The notes under the pieces: model-generated
Databases searched by the model: none
What the model saw: the letters and a program-made list of their open reading frames with translations, nothing else
What the model was told of the DNA's origin: nothing
Assembly (NCBI GenBank): GCA_002104905.1
Contig: MCFE01000278.1
Coordinates: 1-64,000 of the forward strand
DNA from: Basidiobolus meristosporus CBS 931.73
Lineage: Eukaryota; Fungi; Basidiobolomycota
Length of the DNA stretch: 64,000 nt
Direction: 5' to 3'
Program-made: the position numbers and the translations under genes
Shown: positions 47,701 through 61,497 of the stretch, in pieces
Layout of the letters: the number at the start of each line of letters is the position of its first letter
How positions within the stretch are numbered: the first letter of the stretch is position 1

Positions 47701-50405
47701 TGATATTCTCATATACTTCAAGAGCCAAGATGAACATGATGAACATGTCAAGAAAGTATTGAGAAAACTAGACTCTGCTGGTCTCTATGCCAAGCAAGAG
47801 AAGTGTGAATTTGACCAGAGAGAAGTGAAATTTCTTGGTTACCTCATTGGCCCTGAGGGAACAAGAATGGATCCAAAGAAAGTTGACTCAGTCCAATCCT
47901 GGAAAACTCCAAGCTCAGTCAAGGAAGTACAATCCTTCCTGGGATTTGCCAACTTCTATTGCAGGTTCATAGCCAACTACTCCAAGATAGTCACCCCTCT
48001 GACAAAGCTTACCCAGAAGAACACACCTTTTGCCTGTAATGAGGAGCAATCCAGCTCATTCAACCAACTCAAGAAATCTTTCCTGAAGGCCCCCCTGCTT
48101 GCCCACCCTGACCTTGAGAAGCAATTCATAGTGGAGACTGATGCTTCTGATTTTGCCCTTGGTGCCATACTCTCCCAGTATGATGAGGACAATGTGTTGC
48201 ACCCCATTGCAATCTACTCTTGGAAGTTTTCCCCTGCAGAGATCAACTATGATATCTATGATAGGAGTTGCTTGCCATCATTGTAGCCTTTGAGCAATGG
48301 AGACACTACCTGGATGGTGCAAAACACAAAATCAAAGTCTTCTGTGACCATAAGAACCTTGAGTACTTTGCAACTTCCAAAGTACTAAACCGGAGACAAG
48401 CCAGATGGTCACTCTTCCTGTCTACCTTTGACTTTACTATCACCTATAGACCTGGTGCAAAGCAAGGAAAGCCTGATGCCCTGTTCAGAAAAAAGGAATA
48501 TGCCCTGGAAGAGGGAGATGATGCCTGTTGGCAAATGGAACACCCATTGCTGAGCAAGAAACATTTTGAGATTCTTGCCACCCAGTCCTCAAGTCTTGTC
48601 ATCCCTTCATTCCTACTAAGGATATCAGCCAAAACCTTGAATGCTATCAAAAGAGATTTCTGGTGGCCTAGAATGATAACTCTTATCAAAGAGTACATTC
48701 TGACTTGTGATATTTGCAACTGTGCAAAACCAGCTAGACACCAGCCCTATGGACTTCTTCAGCCCTTGCCTATCCCAGAACACCAACGGGGATCTATATC
48801 TATAGACTTCATTGCTGACCTCCCAGAGTCCTGTGGCTTCAATGCTATACTTGTAGTGGCTGACTGGCTGACCAAGATGGCTCACTTTATCCCTTGCTGT
48901 AAGAACACTGATGCAAAAGAAACCACTGTGTTAGTCCTGAAGAATATTTTCTGCCTTCATGGTATCCCCAGTGATATTGCGTCAGATAGAGGCCCACAGT
49001 TTGTGTCCAAGTTTTGGAAACACTTCATGCAATACCTTAGTGTTCAAGTCAAGCTCTCTACTGCCTTCTATCCACAGACTGATGGCCAGACTGAAAGAAT
49101 CAACCAGATTCTAGAGCAATACCTCTGGTGCTATATCAATTACCAGCAAGAAAATTGGGTTGATCTACTACCTGTTGCTGAGTTAGCCTACAACAACTCA
49201 AGCCATAGTGCAACCGGTTTTACACCATTCTATGCAAACTATGGATTCCACCCTCAGTTTGATATCCAGATTCCAACAAACCCAATGAGCCCACATGCGG
49301 CTGAAGATGCCCAAGCAGTCCAGGACATCCAGAATACCCTCAAGGAAGAACTATCCTTAGCTCAGGAAAGCTACAAGATATTTGCCAATCTAAAACGGCA
49401 TCCCAGCCCTGATCTTAATGAAGGAGATTTTGTATGGCTGCTCAGAAGAAACATCAGCACCAACCGCCCTTGTGACAAATTGGATTTCAAGAAACTTGAT
49501 CCTGAAAGGATCTAGAAGAAGCTTAGCCCTATAGTATATCAGCTACAGTTACCAGCAAGTATGAAAATCCATGATACTTTCCATGTGTCCCTCCTGGAGC
49601 CGTATTGTAGGAACACCTTGCCAAACTGGCAAGAAGCAAAGCCCCAAGCTATCCAGGTTGACCAACATCAAGAATTTGAAGTTAAACAGATTCTAGACTC
49701 CAAGTATATCCGGTCAAAGCTGTACTACTTAGTAGACTGGATTGGTTATGGTCCAAGTGACCAAACATGGGAACTAGCTACCCATCTCACTAATTGTCAA
49801 GAACTAGTTACCCAGTTCCACCAGCAATATCCTGCAAAACCTGCCCCAAAGGGAAACAGAGCTTTGCCTGGAAAAGGAGAATAGTGTCATGATCACATGA
49901 CAACCATGAACACCCATGCCAAGCTTCAGCTTCCTAGCTCAATTTCTAAGAGATTCCTTCTGGAACCTTCTACTACCTTCCAAAAAGTTCCTGACCCTTC
50001 CAAACCACTGTTACACAATGGAACATTCCATGGAAGCTTCCCATTGCACTTTTCATAGTCCAGTACCATATATGGAAATACCAGGCCACATGACTTGGTC
50101 ACCTGATCAGGTGACCTAATCCACTTCCCCATCCTGTCTCAGTGCTGTGTCATCTATGTCATTTTCCCCAGCACCATTGCTGTACCTCACCCCACAACCC
50201 TGTTAGTATTAGCCAATATCTCTTGGCATCAGTATAATCAAAAAGTATATATAGTCCTATCCCCCCTTAGGTATTCCTCAGTCTGATAAACACAGGTCTT
50301 GAATAAACTGCCTTGCCTTGAATCCTGCCTTGCCTTGATGGTCCACACCTAAGTCCTTTCCTGCCATGCCTAGCTTTTCCTCCTGCCTTGTGTCTATTCA
50401 TAACA
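44718..50405 (+). mobile_element. Full-length Tf1/sushi-like chromovirus (Ty3/gypsy G2), CpG-decayed
   Basis: 521-bp LTRs (44718-45238, 49885-50405, ~16 differences), perfect TSD CCTAG, PPT GGAAAAGGAGAATAG. Gag with CLYCGQPGHFAKSC, RT YLDD, RNase H VETDASD, integrase HPQTDGQTER, chromodomain FEVKQILD..YLVDWIGY...TWE. Confidence 0.97.
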
Positions 50406-50439
50406 CCTAGTTTATAAGATAATTTGACTCTTCTGATCA

Positions 50440-53400
50440 TAACTCCTTAAGTACTGCTTCAAGTGTGCTGTAATTTGCAATATTTGTTGGCTACTGAGTG
50501 TTCTGCATGATGTAATATTCTTTGGTGGATTCCTTGTCTGGGTATGAAGCATGCGTCCTTAAAGTTGGAAATTCTTGATCTCTCACATGTGTGTATAATA
50601 GCAAAAAGCAAAATAAAGAAATGAGTGCAATATTTGTTTTGAGATATGTAGTAATTGAACACTTTCCCTTACAACAAATGGTGATTTAGGCCTGGATACC
50701 AGTGGGACTAGCATCAGATATCAGTTCTGATACCGTAAGATAGGCAACATATTTTGGTTGACAAGAATCAGTGGCCAGCAGGATTTGCTGGTAGAGTACT
50801 TGCCTAATGTTAGTGCATCAAGTGGCAAGGCAAAGGCATGGTTATACCTGCCTTCAAAGAAGCCCTTGATTCTTAGCTGTTTGTAATGTTTGCAATCAAA
50901 TATACTGGATATGTTTGCCCTTGATTGAAACTGAGTGCAGTTCTTTATAGCTTCACAATATTTTTTGGACTGCATGAGCTTCTTTAGCCAGGGTACCACT
51001 GGAATATATCTGGTGTGTGAACAATGTCTCTCCCAATTGTGATGAATTTCTGACAAGTTGGACACCTTGCAATGATGGAATTCCTGTTGTGAATGCCTTG
51101 CAACAGTTAGCACATACTGGTATCAGGACAGTCTCTAGGTCATATGTTGCCAGCTACATGACAGTTATCCATTTATGCTATCTATATGGTAAGTAGCATC
51201 CCTAGATAATTTAGGCAAGAAAAAGTAGTAGAACCTTGAAGCCCCCATTACTGATATTGGTGAAAACATGCCAGTTCTTTAGCTGCAATGTCACATCATT
51301 AACCAGTAGAGGAATTGTTGGACTCACCTGAGTGCATAAAGTGTTCTTGGCATTTTCTTTGGGTATTGTCTCATTGCACAATGGGATTTTGCTGGGCTCA
51401 TGCAGGGTACTGTTGTAGAGAGAGAAAGGCTCACAATGAATCAGTGAGCCTGCTTCTTCAGAGCTATCACTCTGCAGGCAATATTCAAAAGGCTGGGGTG
51501 AGCCTATAGGCATCACAAACCCACCGGCCTCAGTTTGAGCAAGGTGACAGTGCAGCTAAGCACCATTCTAGAAGTATCAAGTGGCTGGCAAGATACTGTT
51601 GGTATAGTAGAGACTGGCTTATGGTCAATCATGACTTGTGTGCTAATGCACTGCTCATGATCCTTGTAGTTCTTTCTATGCAGACTTCTTCTTCATGGCT
51701 GAGAGGCTTGTCACAATAGGCACATGGTCTTTCTTCTCTTCTCTACATCATTGAATCAATGTATTCTTCTCTATGGGCAAACAGTTTGATATTCATCAAC
51801 ATAATATTATTATATCACCTTTTTGTCAATACTCATATGAATTTGGATAGTCTTGTATATGAGACAATGCACCTATATGAATGTAAGAGTCAATGATGAC
51901 CTGCCATGATAAGCATTACAAATAAAGTTGTGGCCCCTCATACACATTTCTATGTAACATAATTTCCCCTTTGGTTTGGCTCACTGCCATACATATACCA
52001 CTTGAAATAAAGCAAAGTTACCTGGTTCCCCACCAAACACCACCTCTGACAGTAGCAGAAGAACAGTTGGGCAACAGCTTGCATTGACATTATGTGCTAC
52101 AAGCAGGGCTATAACCAAAAAAGGCCCTGGGGACATTGTGCCTACTGAAGGTAATAATGTAGACTTCTCAGGCTCTCAAGCAAGTAAGCAATTGGGAATC
52201 TCTGCAGACCTGCAAGCTTACCATAATACTGAGGCAGATGAAATTGCAGCAAAAGCAGTACCTTCAGTTGAAGACCAGTAGGTGGCCATCATAAGACCAT
52301 CATCACCTATATTAGCAGGTGTGTTGTCAGTTCATAGCAAAGTACTAATGAGGATATTAGGTGCAGTGGCTGATAGGATAGATGCAATGGCCCAGAGAAA
52401 TTAAGATATAGTCCAGAAAAAGATGAGTTAACAAAAGGTCCCAAGCAATCAATATCCCAGGTAGAGAAAGCAGTATTTTTACTGAAAAGAAGGAACTCAA
52501 GTAGCTCAGTGTCACAACTAAAAATTGGGCCATTTTCCTATGTAACAGCAGAGGATCACCATTCAGTCTCTAAAGCACAACAATGGTGCCCAAGGATAAA
52601 CCCACAAAAAACCTATCACAGCATGAGAGGAAGAAAATTTAATGTTTATACCAAAGCCTAAAAATCAAAAGACACTCAAGATTTGTGAAGTTGTCAAGTG
52701 CAATGATAAAGAGTGGGCCAATATTCAAGAGGCTGTTAGAAGTCTAGCACACCAACACTTTAAGGCTGACATACTATGGGACCGTCAGGAATTCAAGGCC
52801 AAGCAGAATGTACTTTACTTGCTCCAGGAATATTGTCCTGGATTCAAATGGGCAAGCAGATTTTGGGCCAGCCTCAGTATGCTAAGAAAGTATCTCAAGA
52901 ATAGCAGAAACTATCAAAGGCAGAAGAAAAGGGTGCAATGACTAAGAACCAGCAACTTCCTCAGGTGCCTGTTACAAGCAGGTCCAAAAGCACTGAACAA
53001 GCATCAAAGTGACATCAGGTAGCTGGAAGAGTAACAACAACAAAGGATTAGTGAAGGATCTGGAAGTGACAAAAATGAGCAGCTACTTCAAAAGCCTGTC
53101 ACAGCATTGGCTGAGAGCTTAAAGTAAACAGAAAAGAAGTGTCAGGTTGCTGGCAGAGTGCTAGCTAGAGACAACTAGGCTGAAGCAGAATAATCAGAGC
53201 AGCATCTATCAGGGGGAAAACGTAGTTCAATGCAAGATTAACACAGACAAAGTAGCAGTGAAACACCTGGCAGTGATAGATCAAAAGTTAAAGGACAAAA
53301 AGTCTACCCAAGCCAGAGACAGGGAAGCATAAAAAGTGCTGCAGTTCTTGCCAACTAATGCTGTGAGCCTGGTACAGACTGAGTCCCATCTTAGCTAAGA

Positions 53401-53723
53401 AGACTTACCAGCAAGAAAGCAGCTGTTCTCACAAGAGCTAGTTGAGCTACACTCCAGTGAGGTAGATGAGTGTGCAGAGAAGGGCAACTGGTCTACCACA
53501 CTCTTGAATCCCTCCATTGTTGACACAGTAGAGATCTCACTAACAGACAAAGTAACAACATCAAGAACTCAGAAGGCTATCACAATGCCTTCAGTGGAAT
53601 TTTGCAGCATTAATAGGCACACCAAAAGGTTGCAGCACTTGTTCAAGAAGAGTGTTCAAGAAAACACACTTAAATATTGCAAGGGTTTATTGCAAAGACA
53701 GGCAGCTGAGGTGCTAGAACTTG
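50440..53723 (-). mobile_element. CACTA copy (transposase N-terminal part on -, ORF2 on +), interrupted by G3
   Basis: YIPVVPWLKKLMQS, SIFDCKHY and ALPLDAL transposase fragments; ORF2 homology resumes after 58621. Confidence 0.75.
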
Positions 53724-56700
53724 TGTTACAAGTCTTGGTATAAGATTTGTAGAGGAATAGGGAGTTTAGCTAGTATTGTATTCACTAAAACTTGAACTGA
53801 TTTTTATTGAGGTTCTAGCAGCTCCTTATATACATTTTGCCAGATCAATTGCAGACCAATTTATATTTCCTACTGTAGGCTGTGGCTGATGACTCATTTG
53901 ATTGCATCATAATCACCCAATAAGATCTTACTTAATATAGCTATTTCTGTCTGATAATGATCTGCTGATTCATTTACTGACTAATGCTACTGATCTGATA
54001 TATAATACTGATATACTGATAAGCTAAACATATAACTAATGGAATTGACTAAAAACTGATCTAACTTAAACATTCAAGCAGCAGATTATAGCATTCTCCA
54101 CTACTAAAGCAGAGAGGGTTCTCCTGAATCTTGTTTCTTGTGAAACCAATATTTTGATGGTTCAGTACTATCAGCAAGTCTTGTAAGCTTGAGTCTGTCC
54201 CTATGTACCAAGTCTTCCTGGATATTGCCTTGTTTATCCACTTGTTGGTAAGTTGCAAATGGACATTCTCTGATGATCTTGAATGGTCCTGTCCATTGTG
54301 GCTCAAACTTCTTCCAAGTGTTGTTTCTTAGCAATACAACGTTCCCAACTGTCAATGCTTCTGGTGCTATTGTCTTATCAAATCTCTGCTTCATCTTTTC
54401 TGCACTTTGAGATGCTTTGGTCTGTGCCTCTTGACTTCTTTGTTCTAGTTGCTGGTGTCTACTTGGCTGACTGAGTTCATCTTCTAAGGTGTCTGTAAGC
54501 TTTGGTTGTGTGAGATCTCCTGGAATCTTTGTTTCATATCCATACACTGAGTAATATGGCAATTGTTGGGTGGTGCTGTGTACTCTGACTCTGCATGCAA
54601 AGAGTACTTTGCATAAGTACTCATCCCATCTACTGACAACTGCATTTGCATACTTGGTCAGCGTTTTTCAAAATAATTCATTAAACCATTCAGTTACTCC
54701 ATTAGTTGTGGGGTGATATGCCAAGGCTTTCAAGTGTTTGATCTGCTGCATTTCCTGGTAAGCTTCCAATGTCTTTGCCATAAAGTTTGCACCTCTATCT
54801 ACTAAAATCTTTGCAGGGCATCCAAACTTCATAAGGATATAATGGTAGATTAAAGTTGCAACTTCTTGCTCACTGGCTATAGGTACAGCTTTAGCCACTG
54901 GTCATTTAGTGGCATGGTCAATTGGTACCAGGATCCAATGATTGCATCTCCTGGTAGTTGGCAGTCTGCCAATAAAGTAAATTTGCCATCTTTCATATGG
55001 TCTTACAGGCTCCAAGGGAAAGAGTTCAGCAATTCTTTGTGGCGGGCCTTGGTTGATTTGGCAACTTGATCATGTTTTTGCTAGCATCTCAATGTCATGT
55101 TTCATTCTGGGCTAAAATGCTCTGGCTTTTACAAGGCTATAGGTTCCTTCAGTTCCAAGATGCCCATATCCATTGTGTAGCTTATGTATTAAATCCAGGC
55201 AAGCAACATAAAGGCAATAGGCAATAGGGCTTCCATCAACAATCTGGTAGAGTGTTTTGTCCTGTACTACAAGCTTGCTGGCTTCATCCTGGATTATCTT
55301 CTTGATATCTTCATCCACCTCATTAGGAATGGCTTAGTCTTCCAAGTACTTGGTAATAGGCTAGGCCAATCTGATTCATGCACCAAGTTGAGTTGTGCAA
55401 CTTGTTCTAATCTTGATAAGGCATCAGCAACCATGTTGTTTTTTCCAGGGCAGTAGACAATCTCCAAATCAAATTGATGAGTATATTCACTCCATCTTGT
55501 CATTCTTCTGGAGGGTACCTTCTGAGTGAATATATACTTGAGGGAGGCATGATCAGTCTTCACAGTGCATTTGACTCCTTCAATTTAGCATCTCCATGTC
55601 TTCAAACAGTGTATTATAGCAAGCATCTCCTTCTCTTACACTGAATAGTTTTGTTCTGCTGAGTTCAGTTTCTTGGATTCAAAGGCAACAGGGTAGTCCT
55701 TTCCCTTGTGTTCTTGGCTCAACACTCCACCAATTTCATAATCTGAAGCATATATGCACAGAGTAAACTCTTTTCTGAAGTCAGGTACTCTTAAGCTTGG
55801 TAGCTTAGCAAGTTCATTCTTGAGCATCTGGAAGGCAGTCTCATAAGCTATGTCCCACTTGTTGGTATTGTCTTTCCTGAGGATATCAGTTAAATGGGCT
55901 GCAATACTTGCAAAGAACTTGACAAATCTCCAATAATAGGAAGCCATTTCAAGGAATGATCTGAGCTGTTTTATGCTATGGAGCCCCTTCAGATTCTTGA
56001 TAACATCAACCTTCTTAGATTCCAAAGTTACTCCTGTGCTAGTCACTATGTGTCCCAGATATTCAATGTGTTCCTTGAAGAATTCACACTTGAGTAGCTT
56101 GCCATAAAGCTTGTTCTCTCGTTGCTTCTTCAAGACCTTTTCAATGTGCACCAAGTGATCCTCTTCTGTCTTGCTGTATGTTAATATATTATCTAGGTAC
56201 ATTATCACAAACTTGTCTAAGTACTCCTGGAACACAGTCAGCATCAGGGACATGAATGTTGCAGGGCATTGGTGAGGCCAAAACTCATGACTAAGTACTT
56301 GTAATGTCCATAGCTGGTCCTGACTGCTGTCTTAGGGATGTCTTCTGGCTTCACCCTAATCTTGTTGTATCCTGACATGAGGTCAATCTTGCTGAGAATA
56401 GTGGCTCCATTGAGTTGGTCCAAGAGCTCATCAATCCAGGGTATGGGGTGCTTATTCTTCACAGTAACTGAGTTGAGGGCTCTGCAGTCAATGCACATCC
56501 TAAGTGTTCCATCTTTCTTCTTCACAAAAGGTACTGGTGCTCCCCAAGGTGACTTGCTGGGTCTGATGTATCCTTGCTCCAGTAATTGATCTATATGTCT
56601 CGTCATCTCCTCCAACTCAATGGACTCATTCTGAAAGGTGTCTAACTCACTTGAGGGCTATCTCCTGTTTCAATGGCATCATCCACATCTCTGACTGGTG

Positions 56701-58621
56701 GTAGGCTTCCAGGCTCAACAGGAAATACATCTGAATATTCCTTCAAAAGAGTCTAGATCTTGTGGGGTACTGGAGTAGAGGAATCCTCCTCTAATACTGC
56801 CGTGAGGAACATATGGTTACCTTTTCTTAGTGCTCTACAGAGCTGTATATTGCTAAGTTCACTTGTTTCACACCCACTGGAGTTGACCAAGTTTGAATCC
56901 TGTCTGGCAGGTAATACCTTTTAGGTGTTGTTGTTCTTCTGGATCTGAGTAGCATGGGTTCTCCAGTTGATTGATGGATTGCAACAAAATATCCAGGTTT
57001 TCCCAAGTACAAGGTCAAACTTGCAGTTCCCAAATATATAGGCCTGTAGATCTTCTTCATAGTCATTGATCTTCATCCTGACTGGCTGAGTTTACGGTTG
57101 ATTATGTGAGAGTTCCCATCAGCTGTTGAGACTGAAGTTGATTTGGTGGGTTCCAAGTTGATTCCAGCTTTCAAAGCAAATTGCTCTGACATGTACTTGT
57201 GCAATGATCTTGATTCATTCATGATCTTTGCAGGTACTCCATTGATTACTCTATTTAAGTTTAATGGCTTTTCTGAGTTTGAGGTCATCTGGAATATGTA
57301 TTCTTCTGTCATATGGCAGGTGAGTTCTGAGTCTTCTTCAAGTCATCCTTGATGTTACTATGCTCCAGGGCCTCAATATGGTTAAAGGCTCTTGATGGCT
57401 GGTGTCCATTTCTTCTCCAAGGGCAGTACTTTGCAATATGCCCCTGCTGGTGGCAATTGAAGCAATATCCTTTCCTCTTACATTCTTCTGAGGTCAGATT
57501 CTTCTGCATAGCGTCTATTTCCATTGGCACTGCTTCAGATTGTCTTCTTTCATAGTAATTGTAGCCTCTCTGATTAGTCACTGTGGGCTTCCCAACTCCA
57601 AACATAGCTGAGCCATAGTCAATGGCAATCTTAATGGCTTCTTTGATAGTCTGATGTCTTTGGTAATTCACTTCCTTGCGAGTTCCTTCTTTCAACCCAT
57701 CAATAAAGTATTCAACTTGATCCAGAGGGTCCATTCTTTGAATTTACCCTAGTAGACATCTATATTCATAGATGTACTCTTGGACCATTCCTTTCTGTCT
57801 GAGTGTCTTCAATTTTCTTCTTAATAAAGTCTGTTGGTGTTAAGGCCCAAAGGTATCCTGAATTTTCAACACAAACTCATCCCAGGTAGAGATTGTGGAG
57901 CATCCCATCATTGTGGCTGACCTGATCTTGTTGTGGTACCACTGTAAAGCTGCATCTTCCAGGTAAGAGGCTGCATAATGCAACTTACTTTCTGGAGCAA
58001 TTCCTTTAGCCTTGAACATTGACTCTGCCATGCTACCATTGGACCTTCACACTAATGTTGCTCTTGACAGGGTTTTGCTGGCTTTGGGCCATGGCAGTCA
58101 TTCTGTGTAGCTGCTGGCTAAGGATCTGAAGTAACTGTTGCTGATGGGCCAGAATTTGTTGCATAGCATTCTCCCATTCTTGACTTTTGGACATCTTGAG
58201 GGAGGCTTCTTCTTTCATCAGGAGGGATGTACCTGGTTATTGCTGCTACCAATGTTACAAGTCATGGTAAAAGAGTTGCAGAGGAAAAGGGAGTTTAGCT
58301 TGTATTGTATTCACTAATACTTGAACTGATATTTATTGAGGTTCCAGCAGCTCCTTATATACATTTTGCCAGATCAATTACTGACTAACTTGTATTTCCT
58401 AATGTAGGCTGTGGTGATGACTCATTTGATTGCATCATCATCACCCAATAAGATCCAACTTAATACAGCTATTTCTGTCTGATAAGGATCTGCTGATTCA
58501 TTTGCTGACTAATGCTACTGATCTGATAGATAATATTGATATATTGATAAGCTAAACATATAATTAATTGATTTGACTAAAAACTGATCTAACTTAAACA
58601 TTGAAGTGACAGATCATAACA
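53724..58621 (-). mobile_element. Ty3/gypsy family G3, degenerate full-length copy
   Basis: LTRs 53724-54093 and 58253-58621 (~370 bp), PBS TGGTAGCAGC (initiator Met-like), PPT AGTAGTGGAGAA, 4-bp TSD CTTG/CTTC. Gag (CFNCHQQGHIAKYC), RT and IN fragments with many stops. Confidence 0.92.
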
Positions 58622-60199
58622 CTTCCAGTGCTGGCTGAAGACCAGCACATATGTTCACCTGAACTGATTATCTCCTTGAAGACTAGTTTGCCCACTGGCA
58701 AGTGATTTAGTGGCTTTCAGAATACCTGTAAAGAGTTTCTTTTCCACTCAATGATAGCTACCATGAGTTTATTGGGCTATGAATGCTGTCAAAAATTACT
58801 GCTAAAGATTGTGAGGTGCTGATGGAATATCTCTTGACTGTATATGCTACTTTAAGTACAGATATAGGAGGTGAAGTATATCTATTTGTGTTGTGTCTGG
58901 CGCTTTATTCAGCCTCATATTGTGGCTGTAGATACCAAGCAGCAGTCTTGACATGAGTCCATATATTTCCGAGCATCTAATAATGAGTATCTTAGTTGTA
59001 TTGAAGCATTCTGAGCTGACAAATTTACTCACTGGGTGAACATCCCTTTTACATATTAAATTATAAGAAATTCTTTAAGTAAGGCCCAGATATGTTGTTT
59101 CTGTAGTTTGGCTGCTTTCTTTTGTGCAACATATCCAGGCTAGCTGTTTTATGTGCCACAGCTACTTCATCACCGTATCTATGAGCAAAATACTCAGGCA
59201 AAAAGCAGATATATTCTTATTTTTACATGTAGATCATGCTGCTGCTGATAGCCATTTCTGGTCATCTTTTCTCATAAGTAAGTAGCTGGTCTTGGAAAAG
59301 CAAACCTTTCTCCCTATGCACCTACACTACATACTAAGTGTAAGATGCTTGCATCTATATAGACTAGTCTGATGCAGCCTTCTGGCAGCAGATAAGAGTA
59401 GAAGCAGTTTGACTGAGTCTAGAGGGCTACTAAGCACTTAAGGAACCTTCTCTGTCAACTAGTCTAGCATCTGTTGTAGTTAATGTACTGTGACCAAAAA
59501 TCTCATGCAAAATTAGTCATGGTGATTTTATTTTTGATTGGCATTTGTCATGACCAGCTTTCTTATTGGGATTTCTGTAAAGTTGCCAAATTATTAGGTG
59601 TCCAGATTGTGACCTTTCTCAAGGTTATCCATAAGTCCAAAACCCTGCATTCTTATTTTTAAGCCCTTCTGTAAAAAACTCTACATTGTTGTTTCCTTAC
59701 ACTGTCAAAGATATATCTACCATAATTTTAATCAATAAATTCACAAAGGAATAGGATATAAAGCTTTTAGTTTTCCACATTACTTCCAGTCCCCCCCCCA
59801 TAAAATTGAAGCAGGTTATTGGCCTCAAGTATACTGTCCTCCTGGTAGCTACTTTGCTTTGGATCTATTTCTGTTAGTCCAGAGAAAGACTTTCTGCTCT
59901 ATTGCTCTGCTGGAATTAAAGATCACCACTGCTGCTAAAGGACTATTTTGCTGACAGTTTTACTGTGAGAGGAAGGCTTTACCTGCCAAGTAAACAATCA
60001 ATATCTACTCAAATTAGCTGTGATAATCAATATATGAAACTGGCATATGAATAGGCCCAGAAGGTTATGATGTAGGAGCTCTGTCACACCTGGGGAAAGT
60101 TGCATATGTCTCAAGAGAGTTGAAGAAAGTATTATAAAAGCTTAGCAAAATCACTCAAGGGGTGTGCACTGCAATCAACAGTTGCAAAGAACAATAGAG

Positions 60200-61020
60200 T
60201 GTAATGTTGCAGCTACCAGCAGGCAAGATAATATGGATATTAGGGTAAGCTAAGCATATAACTGATTAACATTGACTAAAAACTGATTTAACTTAATCAT
60301 TCAAGCAGAAGATCATAACCCCCAATTAGTCATTCACTATAGACAAACTGCCTTATTTGCCATTAAATATGAAGTTTGCCTAATGTGCAATAAATCCCCA
60401 ATCTTGGTGGATTGACTAGGTATCATAGCTAGCATGCAGCCAATTAGGTTGCTGCAGTACATATGAAATGGCTGCTGTAGTGTTAAACATGTTAGATAAG
60501 CAGGCTGGTATTTATATATAGAGGTTCTGCTCCATATATATGCAACAATTTTGGCATTGCTTGCATTGAATATAAACTGTTCATTGGTCTGCAATTGTTT
60601 AATTAGAATGCCAAAGCAGATTTTTAGGGTCCTAACAAATTGGAGTAATGTGGAGATCTACTGCTTGATTATTTTAGTTAGATTGGTTTTTAATCAAATC
60701 AATTGGTGTTGTATATTGCATATCAGTATATCAGTGTTATCTTTCAAATCAGTAGTATTGGTTAGCATATGAATCAGCTAGCCCTTATTAAACAGAGAAA
60801 GATATGGAAAGATAGGTCAGCCACCATAATAGGATGCTTCACAATCTCAACCTGCACAGAGTTTGTGTTAAAAATTCAGGATGCTTTTGAACCCCCACTA
60901 CAGCAGATGCTAATAAGTAGGAAGTTGAATACACTCAGACAGAAAGGAGTGGTGCAAGAATACATATATGAGTATAGATATCTACTTGGGCAAATTGAAA
61001 GAATGGACCCTCTTGATTTG
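60200..61020. mobile_element. G3 debris: partial LTR (-, ~60200-60320), partial LTR (+, ~60647-60805) fused to a gag fragment
   Basis: LTR homology by eye; EFVLKIQDAFEP..LRQKGVVQEYIYEY..ERMDPLD matches G3 gag at 57.7-58 kb. Confidence 0.7.
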
Positions 61021-61497
61021 CATATAGGGCCATAGTTGATTGTTTCTTGCAATACTAGGTAATAGCAGCACTGGCATTAGGAAATACATACTTAGTGGTA
61101 CAGTGTCTGTCAGTCTGATCCCTACCCAAATCTGGATCACTATACACATCACACATTTGCCTATTTGCTACACCAGAGTATTCCAGTACAATATTTATGA
61201 TAATTAGTATATATCTGAAAATCTGCTTAACAGCTGTAATTTAATCTGATCCATAATTCTGCATGAATTGACTAACTATTCCAGCTCCCACTGTAACAGG
61301 TCAAGATTTACATCAATTTCAAAAAGTAATTCAATTTTCCAAGATCTTTCATCTCACACTTGGTGAAGAGATCTGATTTCATCTGTTCAACTGCCTGTTG
61401 GTCATTGTAGCAATTGTTAGGTTGGCCACATAAAGAACTAGGATGATAACACCTTTTTTGAGCTGTTTCACATATCTACTGTGCTCAACAGTGCTAC

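Noticed and set aside
58847-59032. Possible LINE reverse-transcriptase fragment
   Set aside because: No YADD or other diagnostic motif visible.
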